From assembly GCA_036258775.1 (NCBI GenBank), contig DATADA010000183.1, positions 1-27,074 on the forward strand: a DNA stretch of 27,074 nucleotides, given 5' to 3'. The first letter of the stretch is position 1. Each line of letters begins with the position of its first letter. The translations under genes were made by a program, and so were the position numbers. Positions 14,729-21,764 of the stretch are shown here, piece after piece. The DNA comes from Candidatus Limnocylindria bacterium. GTDB lineage: Bacteria > Chloroflexota > Limnocylindria > QHBO01. The notes below the pieces were generated by a model that was not told the DNA's origin, did not search any database, and saw only the letters and a program-made list of their open reading frames with translations.

Positions 14729-15082
14729 GCGGAGGGCCGACACGAGGGTGAAAGCGAGCAGCGGCGCGACCACGATCCCGGCCGTCGCGGCCAGGAGGTA
14801 CCAGTCGCGCGCGGCGCCGCCGTCCGCCATGCGGCGCCGCCTCAGCCCGGCGGTCCACCACACCACGCCCGACAGGCCGGCGACGTAGAGGCCGGCCGCC
14901 AGGCCGGCGGTCGCCATGAGCAGGCCACGCGGCGGACCGCAGCCCGCCCACGCCAGCGGGCCGCCGGGTGGGCAGGCGGCGACGGCCTCGGCGACGATCA
15001 GCGAGCCGGCCGAGAGCAGGACGAGCGCGGACCAGGCGAGGTGCGCGGCGCGCAGGCGGTCCAGCGAGCGGGAGAGCGTCAG
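14726..15082 (-). CDS. Hypothetical membrane protein (about 3 TM), last gene of the Rieske/cyt b operon; probable CTG start
   Basis: The ORF track gives only 14726-14917. The frame stays open and hydrophobic (AHLAWSALVLLSAGSLIVAEAVAAC) back to CTG at 15082, which overlaps the upstream TGA. There is an in-frame stop at about 15124-15126. 118 aa. Confidence 0.6.
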   Translation of the reverse strand: MTLSRSLDRLRAAHLAWSALVLLSAGSLIVAEAVAACPPGGPLAWAGCGPPRGLLMATAGLAAGLYVAGLSGVVWWTAGLRRRRMADGGAARDWYLLAATAGIVVAPLLAFTLVSALR

Positions 15083-15663
15083 CCCGCGGCGTAGGCGGCG
15101 CCGCGCTCCCGCGCCGCCTCTGCCTCACGCCTGGTGATGCGCCGGTACTCGAAATAGAGGTACACGAGCGAGGCCGCGCCCAGGCCGGCGACCAGCGTCC
15201 CGAACGCCAGGGCCGCGAGCGGGAAGCGCAGCGGCCAGAGCGACCCACCGGCGAGGTTGAACGCCATGAGCGGGATGAGCAGCAGCATCACGAACAGGTA
15301 CTGGAGGAAGTTGAGCACGCGCACCAGCTCCCAGCCGAAGCCGCGGCGGCCGCGCGCCGCCTGCGTCCAGAGCGCCAGGATGATCAGCACGAAGAAGTTG
15401 CCGCCGCCGACCATGGCGGCGATGACGAAGCCGACGTCCTCGCTGAAGCGCAGGAAGGGGATCTCGACGGTCACCAGGTAGTACACGTAGTTCGGGACGT
15501 AGGCGACCAGGAAGTAGAGGTACAGGAAGAGCGGGACGCCCTTGAGGAGCGCCACCAGCCAGGTCTCGCGCCCGTAGAGCAGCCAGCTCGTGAAGTCGTC
15601 GACGAAGGCGAGGGCTCCGCGCAGGCCACGCCCGCGCCGGCGACCGGCGTAGGGGGTCGTCAT
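15079..15663 (-). CDS. Hypothetical aromatic-rich polytopic membrane protein (about 4 TM) in the Rieske/cyt b operon
   Basis: 194 aa. Starts 7 nt after the cytochrome c stop. Several TM-length hydrophobic segments; no His or Cys. Confidence 0.85.
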   Translation of the reverse strand: MTTPYAGRRRGRGLRGALAFVDDFTSWLLYGRETWLVALLKGVPLFLYLYFLVAYVPNYVYYLVTVEIPFLRFSEDVGFVIAAMVGGGNFFVLIILALWTQAARGRRGFGWELVRVLNFLQYLFVMLLLIPLMAFNLAGGSLWPLRFPLAALAFGTLVAGLGAASLVYLYFEYRRITRREAEAARERGAAYAAG

Positions 15664-15670
15664 CGGTGCA

Positions 15671-16492
15671 TCAGCCTCCGTGCTCGCCCTCGAGCAGGAA
15701 GGTGATCAGCGCCTCGAGCTGGCTCTCGCTGAGGACGTCCTCGGGGTAGGACGGCATGCCGGTCGACTCGCCGCCGTTGTAGTTCCCCGACGAGTCGCGG
15801 ATCCAGTTCTCCAGGAAGAGGCGCGGGTCCTCCTCGTAGTCGGCCTCCATCTGGTCGAGCTCCGACGGCGGCACCGGCAGCTCGGTGATCAGCTCCTCGC
15901 CGATGCCCTGGATGTTCGGGAACTGGGGTGGGGCTCCCGCCAGGTCGGCGCCGTGGCAGCTGGCGCACGATGGCGAGACGGAGGTGTACACCTGCGCCCC
16001 GGCCTCGACGGTGTTCGGCACCTCCTGCGGCTCCTCCTCCTCCGCCTCCTCCGCCCAGCTCTCGACCAGCACCGTCAGCGCCTCGATCTGCTGCTCGTTC
16101 AGCGGCCCACCGACCTCGTAGCTCCAGGCCGGCATGGCGCTGTTGACGTTGCCCGACACGACCACGCCGCCGAAGCGGATGACGAGGTTCACGTAGTTCG
16201 GGTTCGCCTGCAGCTTGTCGGCGATCCGGGCCGAGTGGAGGTTCGGGGCCTGCACGGTGCCCTGCGCGGTCTCGGCCTCGCCGCCGGTTCCGTCGGCGCC
16301 GTGGCAGCGGGCGCAGCCCGCGGCGGCCGGGTTCGACGGATCGTCGGCGAAGATCTCCTCGCCGAACTCGAGGAGCTGCTCCTCCTGGGTCTCGGCGCGG
16401 GCGGTTCGCCGCGCGTCGTCGGTGATCCAGTAGAAGACGGTGAACACGCTGAGCGCCAGGGTCACCAGTACGCCGAGCGTCTTGAGCCGCAT
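15671..16492 (-). CDS. Membrane-anchored diheme c-type cytochrome
   Basis: N-terminal TM. Two CxxCH motifs (CARCH, CASCH), each followed by a candidate distal Met (SAMPAW, TGMPSY). 273 aa. Confidence 0.93.
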   Translation of the reverse strand: MRLKTLGVLVTLALSVFTVFYWITDDARRTARAETQEEQLLEFGEEIFADDPSNPAAAGCARCHGADGTGGEAETAQGTVQAPNLHSARIADKLQANPNYVNLVIRFGGVVVSGNVNSAMPAWSYEVGGPLNEQQIEALTVLVESWAEEAEEEEPQEVPNTVEAGAQVYTSVSPSCASCHGADLAGAPPQFPNIQGIGEELITELPVPPSELDQMEADYEEDPRLFLENWIRDSSGNYNGGESTGMPSYPEDVLSESQLEALITFLLEGEHGG

Positions 16493-16495
16493 CGG

Positions 16496-17113
16496 TCAGG
16501 CGGAGCAGTGCGGCATGTCGCCCGGGCCACGGGAGTCGAACGTCACCGTGCCGGGTGGAGGACCGCTGATGACCTCGCGGGTGTCGACGATGTAGGTGCC
16601 GTTCTCGACTGCCGTCGCGAAGCTGTCCATCCCGCGCGGTGCGGGTCCGTCGCGCTTCTCGCCGAGGACGGTGTACTTGCTGCCGTGGCAGAGGCACTCG
16701 AACCAGTTCGACTGGTCGCACAGCTGCGGGATCTGGCAGCCGAGGTGCGGGCAGGTCCGCCACAGCGCCAGGATCTGGTCGCCGGGGTCCTGGACCGCCT
16801 CGCCGGTTCCCTCGACGCGGGCCATGGCGGCCGGCACGTTGACGACGAACAGGTTGGCGGCCTGGTAGATGTACGGCAGCCCGTTCTGCCACTCGGGTGC
16901 GGCGGAGTTGATGTCGGCGGAGGTGCCGATGCTGATCCGCGCGCCGAGCCCCTCTCGCAGGTTCGGCCACAGGAAGGCGACCGTCCCGCCCAGGAACTCG
17001 AGCGACAGGATCCCCACGCCGACGCCGAGCATCCGGCGCATGAAGCCGCGGCGGCTGATCTCGCCTCGTGGCGGGCCGTGGACGACCCCGTAGCCGGCGC
17101 CCTGCGTGGTCAC
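16496..17113 (-). CDS. Rieske iron-sulfur subunit of a quinol:cytochrome c oxidoreductase (QcrA/PetC-like)
   Basis: Real start GTG 17113 overlaps the upstream stop. Tat motif SRRGFM plus TM; boxes CPHLGC and CLCHGSKY; GPAPRGMD. 205 aa. Confidence 0.95.
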   Translation of the reverse strand: MTTQGAGYGVVHGPPRGEISRRGFMRRMLGVGVGILSLEFLGGTVAFLWPNLREGLGARISIGTSADINSAAPEWQNGLPYIYQAANLFVVNVPAAMARVEGTGEAVQDPGDQILALWRTCPHLGCQIPQLCDQSNWFECLCHGSKYTVLGEKRDGPAPRGMDSFATAVENGTYIVDTREVISGPPPGTVTFDSRGPGDMPHCSA

Positions 17114-17727
17114 AGCGTGAAGAACAGGCCGTCCCACGGCCAGACCCAGTTCCAGCCGGGGCCGCGGAAGAACGAGCCGATGAGGGTCACCAGCAGGCCG
17201 CCGATCATGATGCACAGGAAGAAGACCCACATCATCTTGCGGTCGCGGGCGGCGCGATACGGCGAGCGGTCGATGTACGGGATGATGGCCAGGCCGACGA
17301 GGTAGAGGGTCGGGACCAGGACGCCCGCCACGGTCGGGTTGAAGTAGCTCAGGATCTCCTGCAGGCCGAGGAAGTACCACGGCGCCTTGGCCACGTGCGG
17401 CGTCACCGCGCGGTTGGCCATCTCCTCGAGCGGCGCCTGGATGAGCAGCGACGTGATCGTCAGCAAGGCGAGGATGAGCATCATCATCAGGAACTCGGCC
17501 CGCAGCAGATGCGGCCAGGTCAGGAGGGTCTCGTCCGGGCGCTTGTCGACGCGGACCATCGACTCCTGCTTGACGTAGGCGAGCAGGCGGAAGCGCTCGG
17601 TGCCCGGCACGCCCGGCGGGCCGGGCAGCTTCGGGCCGGTGCCGCGCTCGACCATCGGCACGCGCGGCGGCGCCTGCGTCGGAGCGTTCTTGTCGGCGGT
17701 GGCGTTCGGCCGGCGCTCGATCGTCAT
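17110..17727 (-). CDS. Cytochrome b subunit IV-like protein (C-terminal half of split cytochrome b; PetD/QcrC-N-like)
   Basis: TWPHLL, APLEEMAN...PHVAKAPWYFLGLQE, IPYIDR; three TM helices. 205 aa. Confidence 0.92.
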   Translation of the reverse strand: MTIERRPNATADKNAPTQAPPRVPMVERGTGPKLPGPPGVPGTERFRLLAYVKQESMVRVDKRPDETLLTWPHLLRAEFLMMMLILALLTITSLLIQAPLEEMANRAVTPHVAKAPWYFLGLQEILSYFNPTVAGVLVPTLYLVGLAIIPYIDRSPYRAARDRKMMWVFFLCIMIGGLLVTLIGSFFRGPGWNWVWPWDGLFFTL

Positions 17728-17749
17728 CGGTCTCTACAGGGTAGCGCGT

Positions 17750-18484
17750 CTAGACCGGCCCGCTGATTCCGCCGTCCTTCCTGATCCGCCAGAAGTGGAT
17801 GATCATGAAGAGGGCGGCGATCAGCGGGAAGGCGATGACGTGCATGACGTAGAAGCGCAGCAGCGTCCCCTGGTCGACCTGCACACCGCCGAGCAGGATG
17901 AAGCTCGACTCGGCTGACAGGAGCGGCGCATAGGTCGCCATCTGGGTGCCGACGGTGATCGCCCAGAAGGCGATCTGGTCCCACGGCAGCAGGTAGCCGG
18001 TGAAGCTGAGCCACAGGGTGCAGAAGAGCAGCACCACGCCGACGACCCAGTTGAACTCCCGCGGCGGCTTGTACGCCCCGTGGTAGAAGACGCGGATCAT
18101 GTGCAGGAAGACGGTCAGCACCATGAGGTGCGCCGCCCAGCGGTGCATGTTCCGCACGAACGCGCCGAAGGCGACGCTCGACTCGATGGCCTGGATGTCC
18201 TGGTAGGCGCGGCTGATCGACGGCACGTAGAAGAACATCAGGTAGATGCCGGTGACGGTCAGCGCCAGGAACAGGAAGAAGCTGATCCCGCCCAGGCAGA
18301 AGGTGTAGGTGTAGCGCACGGCGTGGCGCTTCACGCGCACCGGGTGCAGGTGCAGCCAGACATTGTTCATGACCGCCAGCGCGCGGGTGCGGCTGGTGTT
18401 CGGGTAGGGCTGGCGGATGAGGCTGCGCCAGGCCGACGACTCCTTGATGAAGCGAACGACCGGGTTCGGCTGCCCGTTGCTCAT
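17750..18484 (-). CDS. Cytochrome b6-like subunit (N-terminal half of split cytochrome b; PetB/QcrB-like)
   Basis: 244 aa. FCLGGISF, RNMHRWAAHLMV...LHMIRVF, KPPREFNW, FTGYLLPWDQ, TLLRFYVMHV...IHFWRIRKDGGISGP. The four heme b histidines are present. Confidence 0.96.
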   Translation of the reverse strand: MSNGQPNPVVRFIKESSAWRSLIRQPYPNTSRTRALAVMNNVWLHLHPVRVKRHAVRYTYTFCLGGISFFLFLALTVTGIYLMFFYVPSISRAYQDIQAIESSVAFGAFVRNMHRWAAHLMVLTVFLHMIRVFYHGAYKPPREFNWVVGVVLLFCTLWLSFTGYLLPWDQIAFWAITVGTQMATYAPLLSAESSFILLGGVQVDQGTLLRFYVMHVIAFPLIAALFMIIHFWRIRKDGGISGPV

Positions 18485-20454
18485 CGGTCGACCACCGCCC
18501 CGGCCTGCTGCCCGATCTGCCCGAGCACGTTGTCCTTGTAGCTCTCCAAGAGCACCTTCCCGTCAGGCGTGAACCGCTCGAGCTCGAGGCGGTCCATCGT
18601 GATGCAGTTCGTCGGACAGCGCTCCACGCACAGGTTGCAGCGGATGCAGCGCTCCTCGTCGATGATCATCGCGATCCCGCGCGGCCACGACTGGAACAGC
18701 TCGACCTCGGGATCGTCGCCGCCGACCTGCGCCTTGTCGACCATGTAGATCACGCCCTCGGGGCAGACGTCGGCGCAGAGCCCGCACAGGATACAGCGGG
18801 GCCCATCGATGTTGATGTTGTGGTTGCACTGCAGGCAGCGCTGGCCCTCGGCGATGGCGCTGCGCGTGTCGTAGCCGACCTCGACCAGGCTGGTGAAGTC
18901 ACGGCGCAGCTCCGGCGGCGCCATCGGGATGTGCTGGCGCTCGATGGCCTCGTAGAAGCGCGGCATGTCGTGCTCGAGGGCCTGGGTCACGACCGCGCGG
19001 TTGATGACCGGCAGCTCCTCGAGCTCGTCGCCGCGGTAACCCGCCAGCCAGCGGTCGACCGCCCGCGCGCAACGCCGGCCGAGTCCGGCCGCCTCGATGA
19101 TCGTCGCCGGGCCCGTGACGAAGTCGCCGACCGCGAAGACCCCGTCGACGTTGGTGGCGAACGTGTCCGCGTTGACGGTGATCTTGCCGCGGTTGAAGTC
19201 GAAGCGGAACGAGTTGTAGCGCGCCCCATCGCCGCGCGACGGCGTGGAGCCGTTGAGCGGCGCGGTGCGCCACGACGAGACCGACCCACCCTCGAGCACG
19301 GCGCGGGTGTCGGTGACGCCGACGTGCCGGTTCAGCTTCGCGCCGTACTCGCCCAGCACGTTGTTGTCGGGTGACTGGCTCGTGCAGGGGATGACCATGT
19401 CGCACGGGATCGTGAACTCGCTGCCGGGGATCGGCTCGGCGCTGCGACGGCCTGACGCGTCCGGCGGGCCCAGACGGGTCCGCACGAAGCGCATGGCGGT
19501 GACCCGGCCGTTCTCGTCGGCGATCACCTCCTCCGGCGAGGCGAAGTACTCGAAGCGGACCCCCTCGAAGCGGGTCTCGTGCTGCTCCTCCTCGTCGACC
19601 ACCATCTCGTCGGGACCGCGGCGGTAGACGACCGTGCTCGTCTTGGCGCCGAGCCGCAGGGCCGTGCGCGACGAGTCCATGGCGGTGTAGCCGCCGCCGA
19701 CGATGACGACGTGCTCGCCGACCCACTGCGGCTCGCCGAGGTTGGCGCGCTTCAGGAAGTCGACGCCGTAGATCACGCCGTCGAGCTCCTCGCCCGGCAC
19801 GTTCATGGCGACCGGGTACATGCAGCCGGTGGCGACGACCACGGCGTCGTGCCGCTCGCGCAGCTGGTCGATGGTGACGTCGCGCCCGATCTCGGTGTTG
19901 TAGTGGAACTCGACCCCGTGCTTGGCGACCCAGTTGACGTCGAGCTCGATCACGTCACGCGGCAGCCGGAAGGCGGGGACGCCGATGAGCGTCGTCCCAC
20001 CGCCCGACGGCAGCGCCTCGTAGACGTGCACCTCGTGGCCGTAACCGGCGAGGTCCTTCGCGGCGGAGAGCCCCGCCGGGCCCGCGCCGATGACGGCCAC
20101 GCTGCGCCCGGTCGGCGGGTTGACCACGATGTGGTCCGGCATGTTGTTGGCGTAGTGCCAGTCGACCAGGAAGCGCTTCATGGCGCGGATGGCGAGCGGC
20201 TTGTCGATGTCCGCGCGGCGGCAGGCCTTTTCGCAGGGCGCGCTGCAGACGTACCCGCAGATCGCCGCCACCGGGTTCGGGTCGCGGGCGAGGATGTAGC
20301 CCTCCTCGAACCGCCCCTCGCCGGCCAGCATCAGGTAGCCGCGGCAGTTGGTGTTGACCGGGCAGCCCTCCTGGCACTCGATGTTGCACTGGAGCCAGTC
20401 GACACCGACCTCGGCCGTCTGGAACCGGAGGGGGATGGCGTTCTCGGAGCTCAC
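18481..20454 (-). CDS. FAD-dependent NAD(P)H oxidoreductase with Fe-S clusters (GltD/SudA/NfnB superfamily) and a C-terminal 2x[4Fe-4S] ferredoxin domain
   Basis: 657 aa. N-terminal CNIECQEGCP and CGYVCSAPCEKAC; FAD fold VIGAGPAG; NAD(P) fold IVGGGYTAMD...VYRR; GDFVTGP; RCLQC; then CILCGLCADVCP and CIRCNLCVERCP. Its stop overlaps the cyt b ATG (ATGA). Confidence 0.92.
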   Translation of the reverse strand: MSSENAIPLRFQTAEVGVDWLQCNIECQEGCPVNTNCRGYLMLAGEGRFEEGYILARDPNPVAAICGYVCSAPCEKACRRADIDKPLAIRAMKRFLVDWHYANNMPDHIVVNPPTGRSVAVIGAGPAGLSAAKDLAGYGHEVHVYEALPSGGGTTLIGVPAFRLPRDVIELDVNWVAKHGVEFHYNTEIGRDVTIDQLRERHDAVVVATGCMYPVAMNVPGEELDGVIYGVDFLKRANLGEPQWVGEHVVIVGGGYTAMDSSRTALRLGAKTSTVVYRRGPDEMVVDEEEQHETRFEGVRFEYFASPEEVIADENGRVTAMRFVRTRLGPPDASGRRSAEPIPGSEFTIPCDMVIPCTSQSPDNNVLGEYGAKLNRHVGVTDTRAVLEGGSVSSWRTAPLNGSTPSRGDGARYNSFRFDFNRGKITVNADTFATNVDGVFAVGDFVTGPATIIEAAGLGRRCARAVDRWLAGYRGDELEELPVINRAVVTQALEHDMPRFYEAIERQHIPMAPPELRRDFTSLVEVGYDTRSAIAEGQRCLQCNHNINIDGPRCILCGLCADVCPEGVIYMVDKAQVGGDDPEVELFQSWPRGIAMIIDEERCIRCNLCVERCPTNCITMDRLELERFTPDGKVLLESYKDNVLGQIGQQAGAVVDR

Positions 20455-20523
20455 TCTCGGTCCGTGTCGCTCTGTGCGGGTTCCGTGCGTCGCCGGGGTG
20501 ACGGCATGGGGAGCGGCCAGCCG

Positions 20524-20553
20524 ATGCTACCGTTCGCCGCTCGGGGGTGTCAA
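20524..20553 (-). promoter_or_regulatory. Sigma70-type promoter of the oxidoreductase-Rieske/cyt b operon
   Basis: Minus strand reads TTGACA-N18-TAGCAT, ending about 69 nt upstream of GTG 20454. Confidence 0.7.
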
Positions 20554-20569
20554 AGAAGGTCGGTGCCCG

Positions 20570-21757
20570 TCAGGCCGCGCTGCGCAGCAGCAGCCGGAGC
20601 CGGATCAGGCAGATGACGAAGCAGACGACGCCGATCCCCGCCAGCACGGCGAGCATCCACTCCTCGCCGACCGCTCCGCGCAGCATCGAGTCCTGGAGAG
20701 TCGCGATCCCGTGCGTGACGGGAAGCACCAGGGCGAGCCCGCGCACCCAGGCGACGAACTCCTCCACGGGCAGGACGAATCCGCTGAAGAAGACCGAGGC
20801 GAGCAGGAAGAGCATGGCGAGCTGCACCGCCTGCCGCTCCGAGTCGGCGAAGAGGCTGATGAGCAGGCCGACCCCGAGCGAGGCGAAGGCGAGCAGCGCG
20901 ACGATGCCCGCCACGGGGCCCCAGCCGCCCAGCAGCGGGACGCCGAGCACGTAGACCATCAGCGCCGCCACGATGGCGCCGACGAGGACGGTGAGCAGGC
21001 CGTAGGCGAGGTACTTGCCGAGCAGAATCTCGCTCGCGTTGAGCGGCGAGACGCGGAACAGGTCGAGCTGCCCGCCGAAGCGCTCGCGGATCATCGACAG
21101 GCTGGCGAGCGTGAGCGCCATGTGCTGGACGACGAGGGCGAAGACGGCCGGCCCGAAGAAGGCGAGCGTCGCCGGCTGCGTCGGCGCCACGTTCTCGGTC
21201 TCGACCCGGGCCGGCTCGGCGATGACGTCGGGCGAGATGTTGACCGGCTGGCCCTGCTGCGCGGCGAGGGTGATGCCCTCGGCGGCCGCGACCCGGATGA
21301 TCTCCCGGTTGAGCCGGTCGGTCATGGTGAAGATGCCGAGGCGCGCCAGCGAGTCGTCGACCGGGTCGACCTCGTTCCAGGCGGCCTGCAGCGTCGACTG
21401 CTCGCCCCGGCGCAGGCGCTCGCGGGCATCGGCGGGGGCGATCACCACCAGGTCGACCTCCTGGCGCTCGAGGCGGTCCATCGCCGCCTGCGGGTCCTCG
21501 GAGACGCGCACCACGTCGAGCCGGCCGCCGGAGAGCTCGCTGAAGGTGGCGGGATCGGCGGGCAGGCCGAGCTCGGCGGGAAGCACCAGCTCGGTCGGGA
21601 TCGGCCGGCGGGAGCCGGTGTAGCCGAGCCCGAAGATGAGCATGATCCCGAACGGGCCGAGGATGAGCGCGGCGATGATGCCGGGGCGGCGGACGACCTC
21701 GCGCAGCTCCTTGCCCAGGAAGCTCGAGACGCGAAAGAGGCTGGCGACCGGGTTCAC
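20570..21757 (-). CDS. ABC-2 type exporter permease
   Basis: 395 aa. KELREVVR, one N-terminal TM, an extracytoplasmic loop, then 5 TM with IRERFGGQLDLFRVSPL...ILLGK, FFSGFVLP, PVTHG. Confidence 0.92.
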   Translation of the reverse strand: MNPVASLFRVSSFLGKELREVVRRPGIIAALILGPFGIMLIFGLGYTGSRRPIPTELVLPAELGLPADPATFSELSGGRLDVVRVSEDPQAAMDRLERQEVDLVVIAPADARERLRRGEQSTLQAAWNEVDPVDDSLARLGIFTMTDRLNREIIRVAAAEGITLAAQQGQPVNISPDVIAEPARVETENVAPTQPATLAFFGPAVFALVVQHMALTLASLSMIRERFGGQLDLFRVSPLNASEILLGKYLAYGLLTVLVGAIVAALMVYVLGVPLLGGWGPVAGIVALLAFASLGVGLLISLFADSERQAVQLAMLFLLASVFFSGFVLPVEEFVAWVRGLALVLPVTHGIATLQDSMLRGAVGEEWMLAVLAGIGVVCFVICLIRLRLLLRSAA

Positions 21758-21764
21758 GCGGCGG

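Noticed and set aside
13244-15248. Long ORFs 13244-15094 (+, 616 aa) and 13251-15248 (-, 665 aa), and the many similar Arg/Pro/Ala-rich ORFs throughout the track
   Set aside because: Shadow frames of real genes in very GC-rich DNA, where stop codons are rare. They have low-complexity R/P/A/G composition and no motifs.
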